Position numbers and translations under genes: made by a program. DNA of 38,723 bases from Octopus bimaculoides. Taxonomy: Eukaryota. The number at the start of each line of letters is the position of its first letter. The stretch's first letter is position 1. The DNA is taken from assembly GCF_001194135.2 (NCBI RefSeq), contig NC_068998.1:46122828-46161550 (forward strand). Direction: 5' to 3'. Under the pieces are notes generated by a model. That model saw nothing but the letters and a program-made list of their open reading frames with translations, was not told where the DNA came from and did no database searches. Shown here one piece after another: positions 1 through 12,792 of this stretch.

Positions 1-54
1 ATATAATAATAATAAAGGAGTTACGACGCAAAAACGTATAAATTCAAAAGAACA

Positions 55-91
<37 letters not shown>

Positions 92-630
92 CCACACAGC
101 CATGCCGGCGCCTATATATAGGTAGGTAGTTTTGGTAAATCTCAGCTGTTTCCTTTTCAAGCACATCTGCTTATTCCACTATTACAATCAATGTGTATCC
201 ATAGTTAGTGCCGTATGTAAATCAAAACACACAGTAAAATTGAGAATTATGGAAAAACAAAAGAGGAAAATTACCAGTTTTTTTTTTAATATTATTTATT
301 CTCCATTACACGTATTTCATTTGCTAATAGGAATTACCAAGATTTGTATGTTATATAGACATGTAAAGAATTTCCTATCAGAAAATTGTCGGACAGAGAA
401 AATCTTTTATGAAAATGGAATGAATATATAGCAAATGAAACTCGTGTAATGGAGAATAATTCCAAATAGTTTCCATTTTCCTGTTTTGTTATAAATACAT
501 ACATTTGTCTTTGGCTGTACAGTCTGACGCGACGTCCATGAGGCTAAGCCCTTTGTGGATGCGAAACTATTGGTCAATCTATGACCGTACATAGACTTAA
601 CTACATAATATATATATATATGTTTTATAT

Positions 631-1145
631 ATGTTTATCAGAATTCCGAAGCAACTTCTTTTTGGCCAATTATCAACAGGAAGGTCAGCTGGAAGGCCAC
701 TCTTGCGCTTCAAAGACAAACTAAAAGAAAAATTTGAAGCGATGCAACATTCTCTTTTCTTCTTGGGAAAACAAAGCATTGGAACTCAAAACCTGGCACC
801 AGTCCTGTTTCTCCTCAGTTCAATGCTTTGTGCAAAGTCGACTCCAACACCGGGACCAACTTCGTGCAAGCATGAAGGCACGCTAGTATGACGCGGCTCC
901 TCTCAATAGAAACTTTACTTGTCATTGCAGTTTTGTGACACGAAGCAAAGCAGGGCTTGCCGTTCCTCTCAAGAAAACACGTAGTAAATGATCCACAAGC
1001 ACTCAAGCAAACTGAGTCCTCAACTTGTTCCATTTGTCAAAAGCTTTGCAAGACACCAGCAGGCCTCAAAAGACACATTCGCGCCCATAGAACATAATTA
1101 CCCCTTTATTTTACTGAACCTTCATTTGTCGTTCACGACGAGAGA
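631..1145 (+). mobile_element. Degenerate 3' end of an RTE-type LINE (C-terminal region with zinc-finger-like motifs)
   Basis: RIPKQLLFGQLSTGRSAGRPLLRFKDKLK, then a frameshifted SWENKALELKTW, resembles RTE ORF C-termini. Frame 993-1097 reads ...TCSICQKLCKTPAGLKRHIRAHRT* (C2H2 finger). A short gtcgt-tc-acgac hairpin and a (TA)n tail follow. Confidence 0.7.
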
Positions 1146-1527
1146 ATCCGTCATATATATATACATGCATATATATATATATATATATACATATATATAT
1201 TGGCAATGTTTCGATTATGGTCTCATCGTGGACCAAAAGTTTTGTGCATTGCAAATATCAAACTATGCACACACATAGAACACTAACAGAAAGCGTACAT
1301 ATATCGATTATATATAGTGATTCATTCCATTGATTGAATCAAAGTAAGCAGTGGTTTTATTTTCTCAATCATAATTACTCGACAATAATTAACTTTAATT
1401 ATCAACATCTAAAAGTTTTAATTCGTTAATTAAATAAATGTGTGTAAATATATCTAAGAAATTATTCAACAAAAATTAATTTGGATTTTTTAAAAAAATG
1501 CAAAACACGCCCCACCCTTCAGTCAGT

Positions 1528-1580
<53 letters not shown>

Positions 1581-1583
<3 letters not shown>

Positions 1584-1756
1584 TCTTTAGCCTCAGACAC
1601 ACTATTCTTCAGTCACACACATCATTCTTTAGTCTCACGCACACCTTCCTTCAGTCATACACATCATTCTTCAAGTATACACCAATCATCAGTCACACAA
1701 ACCGTCGTTCAGTCACATCATTCTTCAGTCACACACTCACTCCATTCTTTAGTCAC
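1581..1756. repeat. Degenerate ~20-bp minisatellite (acatcattcttcagtcacac-like) after a (CA)n tract
   Basis: Repeated attcttcagtcacac / attctttagtc units are visible. Confidence 0.7.
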
Positions 1757-2984
1757 TAAGTACAATAGCTTCCTCCTTTATATTGTAGCTTTTGCGAAAA
1801 CATAAAAACGCCAATAATTCCCTTAAATTATTATTGGTTTGGTGAAGAGAAACCCCGTTTTATATAAGTTCACACATAAATCAGTGATGGAACGTCTACG
1901 TGGGTACGTTCACCTAGACTGGTGGTCTCAGCTAATCTTGCACTAAATTCACAACACCTTGACAACGTTTTTTTTTTAAAAAAAAAGGTAATAAATCGAA
2001 AAATGAAGGAATACGTTTTATAATGTGGACGGCGATCCACTGTCTAACTAAAAATGCGAAGGCTACGACTAGAACGTTTTTGATCACAGGTCTGCTGGAT
2101 CAGGACTGAGCTGGAGATAAACGATAAATAAATAGGTAACTTTGAATCATTCGCTGACATATCTCCGAATAGATCTCAGTGAGTGTTTTTGTTTTAGTTG
2201 AAAGGCTGTGTGTGGATATAGTTTAAACCAGTCATGAGCTAACAGTAACCCCGAAGGACCTTCTGAATGGCACGACTGAACGAAAAATTACCTTGGACTC
2301 TTTAAGCAGTGCGGCTCGACTGATGATGAAGACGGTTGCCTATGCCAGATTTAAACGAAGTGACCTTCTGCTTGTTCTTCATTCAGTGAGAGCAAAGAGA
2401 AGAGAAGACATTGATTAATTGTTGCACATCTACGAAGAGTCGAGGGAGTTATTTCTCGCCCGAACCTTAGTTCCCTATACATCCCCTTCAACCATCAGAC
2501 GAAAGACCACAAATATCAAGAGGAAGTAGGGTTTCAGCCTATTAAATCAACTCCCAGATACGTGAAAAGTAAAATCGATCCTGGCGTCATGTTTGAACTA
2601 TGAATCTATGTTGTTAAATGTATCAATGCCTTAAGAATATCTAAACATTGCCTAAGACATTATCCTCGTTACAGTTAATTAATTAATGATAATTACTATC
2701 CTTTTCTGCTACGTTTCTCTTTTAAAATTCCTTTTAGGTTTCGTGGTCAAATCTTTAGATACATCTTTTGTGTGTGTGTGTTGCCTGTTAGCCGCAAGGA
2801 ATATGAAGTAGAAAGGAATTGGTCATAATGGCAAACTCAAGCGAAAAACTGACCAGTATGATAAAAGCTTTTAAGTTTCGTTGTCAAATCTTTAGGCTCA
2901 CCTTTCTTGTTATATATCTGTATTGGCCATTAGCCGCAATATATGTGTTTATTATAGAATACTCTAGTTTGTTTAAACCGTGTC

Positions 2985-3125
2985 CGTCAAGGCCAAGATA
3001 GAGCATCGGCACGGTACATCACTCGGTTACAGCTAGGATTTACCCCAAGAACTGACTTGTATTTTAATCTTATCGACCCCAGAAGGGTGAAAAGCAAAGT
3101 TTAACCTCAGTAGGATTTGAACATG
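2985..3125 (-). mobile_element. Decayed SINE family B fragment
   Basis: attttaatcttatcgaccccagaagggtgaaaagcaaagt...ggatttgaac is the reverse complement of the core seen at 14634-14864. Confidence 0.5.
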
Positions 3126-3722
3126 AAGGATGGAACAGAAACTTGTAGGGTTTATCAGATTGATTAACAAAGAAATCAACTGAAAGAATAATGAATTCCT
3201 GGGTTTCTTTGAAACACCATTTCCTGATGCTGTTAAACAGTTAGTGCCTGATTCACGTAGAAGCCAAACTAACTATCCTCTAGCTTGGGGCTTCCTAATT
3301 CGAAGGGGTCGGAAAATAATTAAAAGGCATATGTTTTTCAATTCACGTGAGATTTTCTGGTGTAATGTTTCAATACTTTATAGCTCAAGTCCTCACCAGT
3401 TGTAAACCTGGCACTGTTGTTAAGAGCGGAGACAAACCGGTCTTCTTTAATTTCAGATTAGTTAATCTGGTCAAACAGATCCAAGATTTTTCCAATTTAG
3501 AGTATCTACATCTGTATTACCCAATATGTCATTTCGTTTTTGAGCTAAGTGGGTTTTTTTATTTGTTTGTTTGTTTGTTTGTTTCATATGGAGATGATTT
3601 AGTTGTTATTTAAAGCAAGTCAAGCAATAGCGTAGAGCCTCGCATTAGTTTAGCTCCAATATGTGAATGGTATTTTGGAAGGATGAAAAGCACTTATGTT
3701 TGACATTCTAACGGGTCTACTA

Positions 3723-3759
<37 letters not shown>

Positions 3760-4084
3760 TAATGATGATGATAATAATAATATCGGAATTGTACTTGTTA
3801 AGCAAATGACTCCGTCATCTTCCGAGGCTGTGCGTTGAATTGGAGCGACGAAGAATTATTTTAGACATTAAGAAAAAAAAAAAAAAAACTAAATGAAAAG
3901 AAAAACAGAAACTGTTAAATTTTCTTGTAATGTCTCATTTGAGATATCAAAAATTTCTTCGCACCACTGCGGTTTGATCCCTGACACAATTTCACTGCAA
4001 CTACAGAGTCGTTGACCTGGTCGCAGAGGTGCGACGAAAAATCTCATTCCTCAAGAAATAACTCCTCCAAGTAGTAGTAGTAGT

Positions 4085-4223
4085 CCTTTCTGCTATAGAC
4101 ACAGAGCCTGAAATTTGGGGGAGAGGTCGAGTCGGTTACATCGATCGTAATACTTGCTAAATACTTTATTTTATCGATTCTGGGAGGATGAAAGGCACAT
4201 CAACCTCGGTGGAATTTGATAGA

Positions 4224-4225
<2 letters not shown>
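4085..4225 (-). mobile_element. Decayed SINE family B fragment
   Basis: tactttattttatcgattctgggaggatgaaaggcacatcaacctcggtggaatttga matches the family B core in reverse. Confidence 0.55.
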
Positions 4226-4259
<34 letters not shown>

Positions 4260-4857
4260 TATGGGCATACACGAGAAGCTACTTGGGATAGCAGTGGGGT
4301 GGCAGAGTTTTAATCAGTTATTTTTTCCCCCCTCTACCCCGTTAACCCATATTTGTTTTGTTGCCCTAACACGGCAAGCTGAAATGTAAAATAGAGCGAG
4401 ATCGGTTTTTAATTCAGACATAGAGTGACGTGATGTGATTACGAAGAAATGTGATATTTTCACAACAATAATAATCATTAATAAATAAATAGTAAATTTA
4501 TTAAATATATATTTCTTACAATTAACACAAAACCACACGCTTGGAAATGAGTAGAGTAAATTATATCGATCATGTACAAATGATTGCCAATTCGTAATGG
4601 TTCTATATCGGTCGGGTGGTTTCTTAGCTAAGATTGGAATGGAACTTGTGGCTCCATGAAAATAACCGAAGCCTTTAGATTGTTTTTAATATTTCCCAAA
4701 ACGTCATCCTCAGTATATTGAAATGATAATAACTATTATATTTCTCTTCTAACTGTTATTTTTTTAATGAAGTTTATTTTGAAATTTGGTTTTAGGTTTC
4801 GTTGTCAAAACTTAAGGGCTGTTTATTTTCTTCTATTGTGCTATTAGTCGTTCGCCG

Positions 4858-4897
<40 letters not shown>

Positions 4898-5089
4898 ATA
4901 CGGTACCTTAGTCTGTTCAAGCTACCCCAATCAAGACCAAGCTTGAGCAATGCCTTATAGATGTAAATTTCATTTCGTAGAAAACAATCCAAGATGTGTA
5001 TACGATCATCGTAGTTTTATAGATTGAACTGATGTGTGTATGTTATGGTTGCATGCAATTGTGATGTAGTGGCGTTCAGGCCTTTATAG

Positions 5090-5973
5090 ATTATATATAT
5101 ATATATATATATGTATATGTATATATATGTATATGTATATATATGTATATGTATATATATGTATATGTATATATATGTATATGTATATATATGTATATGT
5201 ATATATATGTATATNNNNNNNNNNNNNNNNNNNNNNNNNNNNNNNNNNNNNNNNNNNNNNNNNNNNNNNNNNNNNNNNNNNNNNNNNNNNNNNNNNNNNN
5301 NNNNNNNNNNNNNNNNNNNNNNNNNNNNNNNNNNNNNNNNNNNNNNNNNNNNNNNNNNNNNNNNNNNNNNNNNNNNNNNNNNNNNNNNNNNNNNNNNNNN
5401 NNNNNNNNNNNNNNNNNNNNNNNNNNNNNNNNNNNNNNNNNNNNNNNNNNNNNNNNNNNNNNNNNNNNNNNNNNNNNNNNNNNNNNNNNNNNNNNNNNNN
5501 NNNNNNNNNNNNNNNNNNNNNNNNNNNNNNNNNNNNNNNNNNNNNNNNNNNNNNNNNNNNNNNNNNNNNNNNNNNNNNNNNNNNNNNNNNNNNNNNNNNN
5601 NNNNNNNNNNNNNNNNNNNNNNNNNNNNNNNNNNNNNNNNNNNNNNNNNNNNNNNNNNNNNNNNNNNNNNNNNNNNNNNNNNNNNNNNNNNNNNNNNNNN
5701 NNNNNNNNNNNNNNNNNNNNNNNNNNNNNNNNNNNNNNNNNNNNNNNNNNNNNNNNNNNNNNNNNNNNNNNNNNNNNNNNNNNNNNNNNNNNNNNNNTAT
5801 ATATGTATATGTATGTATATGTATATATATGTATATGTATGTATATGTATATATATGTATATGTATGTATATGTATATATATGTATATGTATGTATATAT
5901 ATGTGTGTATATATATGTATATGTATGTATATATATATATGTATATGTATATGTATATATATTTGTATATGTA

Positions 5974-6015
<42 letters not shown>

Positions 6016-6085
6016 TACACACACACACACACACACACGCACACACACACACACACACACGCACACACGTGTGTGTGTGTGTGTT
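5090..6085. repeat. Compound (TA)n/(TATG)n/(CA)n microsatellite block spanning an N gap
   Basis: Directly visible. It accounts for the six spurious overlapping ORFs at 5017-6128. Confidence 0.95.
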
Positions 6086-6329
6086 TCGTAGTCAAAACTT
6101 AAAGTCAATGCCGTTACAGTCTGTATAACCGATTCGATGGGTGTGTTGTGTTTCCGGGTGTTCGCCCGTGATGTTGTGGCGTTTATTCGTGATTATTAAG
6201 GAGACCTACCTTTAGCAGAGAGTCCCTTGAGGGTGAGGTATTTTGCCTGGGTATCCTTGTACAAGCTACACCAATCAATATTATCATTGTCATCATCAAC
6301 ATGAGACTGTACCATCGTCACTACATCTC

Positions 6330-6700
6330 GGCCGTGCATTGTTGATGTTGTTGAGGCCATGACAGATATGCCAGTAGTAGTAGTAGCACTAGTGGTAGAG
6401 GTGGTGATGGTAGTAGTGGTGGAGTGGTGGGTGTACAAGTAGTAGTGGCGGCGGCGGCGGATGTAGCTGTGGTGGGTACAGAGTAGCGGTGATATAATAT
6501 AATAGTAATAATAGTAGTGATAGCGGATTAATGTATATAGTAGTAATAGTAGTAGTAGTGGTTAGAGTAAGACAGCAGCAGCAGCAGCAGTAGCAGTAGT
6601 AGTGGTGATGGTAGTGATGATGGAGAGGGTTGTAACGGTGATGCTGGTGGTGACGGTGATGGTAACACTGGGTGTGATGATGATGATGATGATGATGAAT
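6330..6700. repeat. Trinucleotide low-complexity tract (GTA/GGT/GCA/GAT)
   Basis: Directly visible runs of agt, ggt, gca and gat. Confidence 0.85.
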
Positions 6701-6951
6701 GTGATCAGGAAACGGCGAGGGGGGNNNNNNNNNNNNNNNNNNNNNNNNNNNNNNNNNNNNNNNNNNNNNNNNNNNNNNNNNNNNNNNNNNNNNNNNNNNN
6801 NNNNNNNNNNNNNNNNNNNNNNNNNNNNNNNNNNNNNNNNNNNNNNNNNNNNNNNNNNNNNNNNNNNNNNNNNNNNNNNNNNNNNNNNNNNNNNNNNNNN
6901 NNNNNNNNNNNNNNNNNNNNNNNNNNNNNNNNNNNNNNNNNNNNNNNNNNN

Positions 6952-6986
<35 letters not shown>

Positions 6987-7549
6987 TATTTTTCTTTCTT
7001 TCTCTCTCTCCCTATACATGTGTGTGTGTATCTTTACATATATGTCTGGGTTTTGTTTTTCTGTCTCTTTCTACACATATCCCATCCATGTATCTAGTCA
7101 TCTACCCGTAGAAACGAGGAACTCGGAGTAATAATAGTCAGGGAATTTTTTAAGGTACACACACAAACACGTATTTCGTAGACGGTAGTCTATCTCTGTG
7201 TGTCTTTGTGTGTGTATGTGCGTGTACTAAACGAGAGAGTGAGACAGAGAGATGCATGTATCTGTCCATCGTCCCTCATTCATTATTCCTTCACACACCC
7301 ATATTCATACACACACGCACACGCATTCAGAGAGAAACCTATATATATATATGTACGGACACATATACACAATCACATGCAATTCACACGTTCTACAGCC
7401 ACCCTACAACACACACACACACATCGATCTATTTTGCCATCCGCCTCCAAATGAATTATGTTCCGTAACCAGGTATCGGTGTTAGTCGGCTATGATCGGG
7501 TGTTAGAGTCAAGACACACACACACGTACATAAACACACGTACACACGC

Positions 7550-7587
<38 letters not shown>

Positions 7588-8084
7588 ATATGTATCTATA
7601 TGTATTCGTACATACATATCCACATACACTTGCACACTGACACACTCGTCCACACGAGTTTTTACTTGGTATCTTGATGTACTAGAAATAAGTCAAACTC
7701 CTTTCACGTCACATCCTACGTTTTTTTGTTTTTAAAGGAAACATTAAATAATATAATCCTAGATACACAATGTACAAAAACCAATGGAAGATGAAATGGA
7801 TAGGTTGGAATGTCTTTTGGGTTTATGTCTGCTGGATCCAGGTTGACCTAGGGCTAAATAACAAGATCCATTCACTCAAACAAGCAACAACGATGCATAC
7901 GCATATATACACAAATACAGTACATAGTCTATTCATTCATACACTCACACATCCTTTCAAATTTATTCAGTTAATCAAAGTTGTTCAAGCCCTGCCGCTA
8001 ATACATACATACAGATGTACATACATACATACACACATATACATACACACATATACATACATACATGCATACATACATACATGC

Positions 8085-8115
<31 letters not shown>

Positions 8116-8539
8116 CATACGTACATACATACTGGGGCCACATATAGGGGCCCTGGGATACGTAACACACTGCCTAAATGCCTGTCTTGATAAATTAGGC
8201 TTCTCAAAGCCAGAAAGGGAGAAAGCTAATTCGAAGACTACAGATCCAATCCATCACTGGAACGGTAAAGATCTGTAAAACTTTTCAGAAGTTTATCATT
8301 TAAATATATATATATGAGCATGTCTAGATATGCAACTATATGCATGAGAATACATACATAAAACATACAAATCTGCACATACATACATACATACATACAT
8401 ACAAAAATACCCTGTTGTTGATGTTGAAATTTCAACGATGGAGCCTTGGATCTAGGTTAGAAACCAGTTCTTTCTCTATTGGCAAGAAATCTTGAAATAA
8501 AACTGAACAATGACATGCACACATACAAGCACCCATACT

Positions 8540-8855
8540 GGAGCCACATGAAAAGCATGCAGTACACTCTGTAAAGCGGTTGGCATTAGAAAAGGCATTC
8601 AGCCATGGAGACCTTTCCAAAACAGACAACTAGAGCATGGTGCAACCCCCGGGCTTGCCAGCTTCTGTCAAACTGTCCAGCCCATGCCAGCATGGAAAAT
8701 ACAGGGTGTCCACAAAGTCTGGGTACATGGGGATTAACACATACTTTAAGAAATTATATTATTTCTTATATTTAATTGTTTGTTATGATTTTATTTACTC
8801 CATGTACCCAGACCTTGTGGACACCCTGTAGTTGTTAAATGATGATGATGATGAT
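8540..8855 (+). mobile_element. Retroposon 3' module (family C: gttggcattag..gtcaaactgtccagcccatgccagcatggaaaa..ttaaatgatgatgat), interrupted by a MITE
   Basis: The same module recurs at ~9480-9630 (+), ~11490-11610 (-), ~12420-12545 (-) and ~32395-32690 (+). A (GAT)n tail is typical of RTE-mobilised elements (inference). Confidence 0.65.
8702..8828. mobile_element. Tc1/mariner-type MITE, 127 bp
   Basis: 29-bp TIRs cagggtgtccacaaagtctgggtacatgg (8702-8730) and ccatgtacccagaccttgtggacaccctg (8800-8828), with one mismatch. TA flanks both sides (8700-8701 and 8829-8830). Confidence 0.85.
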
Positions 8856-9016
8856 GGTGGTGGAGATGATATATATGTATGTGTGTGTATATGTATGTAT
8901 ATGTGTGTGTATGTATGTATGTGTGTGTATACACAATGCTTACAGGGGTATTTTCCTTCAGCTCTAGTGTTGATATTCATAATCAATGTCCCTACATTAC
9001 GTCTCTATATATACAT

Positions 9017-9061
<45 letters not shown>

Positions 9062-9624
9062 TGTATATATATAAAACAAAACAGGAAATTAGAAAAATTT
9101 TGTTATTATTTATAATACACAGCTGGGATTTACTCTGCCTACCTACCTACCTACCTACATATATATATGACATGTCATTGGGGAGGTTACAGCATTGGGC
9201 AAGGAGAGGAGGGGGGTTCTCATTTTATCAAATTTCCTTCAGGTATACCGTTTAAACCAGTCACTTTGTCATTCTCACATGCTTTTCCTCCTTACTCATT
9301 TATGAGCAATTATGTGAGCAACTGAAGGTTTAATGTTCACACAACATGGCCTGCCTCTCGAAAGTGGCGGTGATGTCTCATAACCGTGGCTTCATTCCCA
9401 AGAGATATCGGCTGCCTAGAAATCCTTTGTCTGTTCTTCCTCCTGAACGTGAATGATTTTTACGTGAAAAACACACCCAGTGCACTTTGTAAAAATAGCT
9501 GGTGTTAGGAAGAACTGCAAACCACAGAAACCAGACACTGGAGCATGATGCCATCCTCTTGAGTCATCAGACCCCTGCCAAACTGTCCAACCCATACTAG
9601 CATGGAAGACGGGCATTACATGAT

Positions 9625-9765
9625 GAGGGTGATTGATGATGGTGGTGGTGGTGGTGGTGATGATGGTGGTGGTGGTGGTGGTGATGATGGTGGTGGTGAA
9701 TACAATGATGCTGGTGGTGGTGGTAATGATGCTGGTGGTGGTGAGGTTGATGATGGTGGTGGATG
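9625..9765. repeat. (GGT)n/(GAT)n trinucleotide tract extending from a family C tail
   Basis: Directly visible. It produces the spurious Gly/Asp-rich and Val/Met-rich ORFs. Confidence 0.85.
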
Positions 9766-10034
9766 CAAAAATATCACAAAAAAACTACTACTCAGAGTTT
9801 CTCATTCCCGTTCATCAGGCAGTTGTGATCCAGATTCTGGATATATTTTTTTACAGTGTTTTTGCAGTTTTAATATTAAAGCATTTTACTCTACCTCTGG
9901 TACTCCAGTATCATATTTTCCCCACCTTGTTTCACATTTGTGTGCTTACTCTAGTGTATATATATATATATACTCACGGTGGTGCACCAGCATGACCGCA
10001 GCCACTTGGCTGAAACACATAAATAAATAAATAA

Positions 10035-10077
<43 letters not shown>

Positions 10078-10423
10078 GAGAATATACAAAAAATAACAAC
10101 AGACGAGGACAGGTGGTGTAAATAACAAAAGTATATATTAGTATGACGCTCGGGAATACGGAAAGTCTTTGACGTTTCGAGCTACGCTCTTCAACAGAAA
10201 GAATACGGAGACAAGGAGAAAAACACGGAGAAAAAAAATTGAATAGTGTTCAATAGTGTTTATATATTGACAGATTGAGATTGAAAAGAAACCAAGGCAG
10301 TAAATAGATTTCATAACATGATTCTAATGTATTCTTTAGTTGTGTAAAACAAATCTATGCTTTTTCTATATTTTCTCTTTCCTTGTATATTCAACCATGT
10401 GGAATTAACAACCATACTTTCTA

Positions 10424-10470
<47 letters not shown>

Positions 10471-10473
10471 CAT

Positions 10474-10928
10474 AGGCACAGGAGTGGCTGTGTGGTAAGT
10501 AGCTTGCTTACCAACCACATGGTTCCGGGTTCAGTCCCACTGTGTGGTACCTTGGGCAAGTGTCTTCTACTATAGCCTCGGGCCGACCAAAGCCTTGTGA
10601 GTGGATTTGGTAGAAGGAAACTGAAAGAAGCCCATCATATATATGTATATATATATATGTGTGTGTGTGTGTATGTTTGTGTCTGTGTTTGTCCCCCCAA
10701 CATCCCTGACAACGTCCCTGTAACTTAGCGGTTAGGCAAAAGAGACCGATAGAATAAGTACTAGGCTTCCAAAGAATAAGTCCTGGGGTCGATATGCTCG
10801 ACTAAAAGTGGTGCTNNNNNNNNNNGGCTTCCAAAGAATAAGTCCTGGGGTCGATATGCTCGACTAAAAGTGGTGCTCCAGCATGGCCACAGTCAAATGA
10901 CTGAAACAAGTAAAAGAGTAAAGAGATA
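10474..10928 (+). mobile_element. SINE family A, near full-length (tRNA-like head, CORE-like ccttgggcaagtg segment)
   Basis: Head ggagtggctgtgtggtaag...ggttcagtccc (A/B-box-like), body gaaactgaaagaagccc, tail gactgaaacaagtaaaagag. More than 10 copies occur in the window. It resembles the tRNA-derived octopus SINEs (recalled, not searched). Confidence 0.8.
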
Positions 10929-10933
10929 CACAA

Positions 10934-11076
10934 TCAGTTTCTTTCTACCAAATCCACTGACAAAGCTTTAGTTGGCCCAAGGCTATAGTGGAAGACACTT
11001 GCCAAGGTGCCATGCAGTGGGACTGAACCTGGAACCATGTAGTTGGGAAGCGAGCTTCTTACCACCCAACCATGCC
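10934..11076 (-). mobile_element. SINE family A, 5' portion, inverted relative to the adjacent copy
   Basis: Reverse complement of the first ~150 nt of the 10474 copy. Confidence 0.75.
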
Positions 11077-12611
11077 TTTATTGATTATTTTTTTTTAAGG
11101 TTGCTTTCTTGATTTCTGCAGTCATATGTTGAAGCTAAGTCCCCCGTCATTGTCCTTCGTAGATCTGTCATTGACAGCATAAGCAGGGTTAAGTAAGTCA
11201 TCACAATAACATGTAATATTTCCATTGGTTGCTGACAGCTGCTCTTGTCTCTTTCTAGGTTTCATGACATCATTAGACCTGAGGGGTGTTCGACTCAGTG
11301 TACTGAAAAGCGTCGTGATGACTAATACATTGGGAGTGGAGTCTTACTGATGGGAAATGTGCACACGCACACACGCATGCGCGTGCATGCACATCCATAC
11401 AAATGTGTGCATATGTGTGTGTGTGATTGTCATGTACCTTTATGCGTTGTAACTTAGCAATTCAAAAAGCAGAGTATCATCATTTAGCGTCTGATTTCCA
11501 TGCTGGCATGGGTCAGACGGTTTGACTGGAACTGTACAAGGTTCCATTCTGATTTCGCTTGGTTTATACAGCTTGATGTTCTTCCTAATGCCAACCACCC
11601 CCAAGATTGTAGTAGGTGCCTCTTACATGTCACTGGCACAGGTGCCTCTTGTGTCAATGGCACGAGTGCCTTTTATATATCAATGGCACGGGTGCCCTTT
11701 ATGTGTCACCAGCACTGGCCATGACAATAAAATAGATACCAGACAGATACAAGAACTGAGGCCTATAATGAATAACCAAACTCTTCAAGGCAATATCCCA
11801 GCATGGCTGCAGTCCAATGATTGGAGCCTGTAAAATGATTCAGTGATTCAAGATTGTACATATACATATGCACATCTCTTACTCTCTCTCTCTATATATA
11901 TATTTGTATGTATGTGTGTGTGTGTGTGTGTGTGTGTGCATCCAGCCAATGCCAGGATGGAAAAATGGGCATAAAAAAATGATGATGATGATAATGGTGA
12001 TGATGATGATGATGTGTCTGTATATATACAGTATAAGCTTTATTCAATACAAATCTACACAAAAGATATATTTTTTAATAAATACACAGCATTTTGCTTT
12101 CAGCCATGATTGCAGTGTTTCGTAATTATAAACCGTTAAGTACAAAGTGCAGACAAAGCAAAAGGTGGGGATGGTGGAAATGGAGGGAGCAACAAATAAT
12201 AATAAAAAAAAACAAGCAAACAACAAAACAAAAAAAAACATATTTTCTTTCTCCCAATTAACTAAAGTAACAACTTATTGATCAGCTGCATTTATTGATT
12301 AATTATATATTTTTATGTTCCAGACAGGGAAAACGGTCCGCTTTTAATATATTTTTTCCGGTAGGGGGAGCTGGCTGATGCTGCCCCTGCAGCATCAGTG
12401 AATGGTGTTGCTAGAGGCACAGATCATCATCATCTGAATGTCCACTCTTCCATGCTTGCATGTGTTGGATGGAATTCGTTAAGACTGATTTTCTACAGCT
12501 AGATGCCCTTCCTGTCATCAACCCTTACCCATTTCCCTGTGACCAGACATATTTTCAAGGAAGATTGCTAATGAAAAACTCTTGTTGACAACTATCATGT
12601 GATGTCAAGAC

Positions 12612-12792
12612 AAGGAAACACTAACACACACACATATATATGCGATAGGCTTCTTTAAGTTTCCGTCTACCAAATCCACTCAATAGGCTTTGGCCTGCAG
12701 TAGGAGACAGCTGCCCAAGGTTCCCACACAGTTGGATTGAACCTGAAACCATGCAACTGGGAAGCAAACTTCTTACCACACAGCTACACCTG
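12612..12792 (-). mobile_element. SINE family A, 5' portion, decayed
   Basis: ggcttctttaagtttccgtctaccaaatccactc...gaacctgaaaccatg...cttaccacacagc. Confidence 0.7.

Noticed and set aside
5017-6128. Six overlapping 320-360-aa ORFs
   Set aside because: These are artefacts of (TA)/(TATG)/(CA) microsatellites plus an N gap, with no coding signal. The same applies to the gap-spanning ORFs near 15400-15900, 17300-17700, 18770-19580 and 31230-31870.
6120-6300. Complex-sequence patch (WCSLYKDTQAKYLTLKGLSAKGRSP on the minus strand) as an exon of a second gene
   Set aside because: I recognise no domain and see no convincing splice pair or partner exons, so it cannot be supported without a database search.
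9602-10030. Gly/Asp-rich 142-aa ORF and the overlapping Val/Met-rich ORF
   Set aside because: Both are translations of a (GGT)n/(GAT)n tract growing from a retroposon tail, and the rest has no recognisable protein features.
10764-10877. Exact 52-bp direct repeat inside SINE A (10764-10815 and 10826-10877)
   Set aside because: The copies sit on either side of a 10-N gap, which is typical of unmerged contig overlap, so this is probably an assembly artefact.
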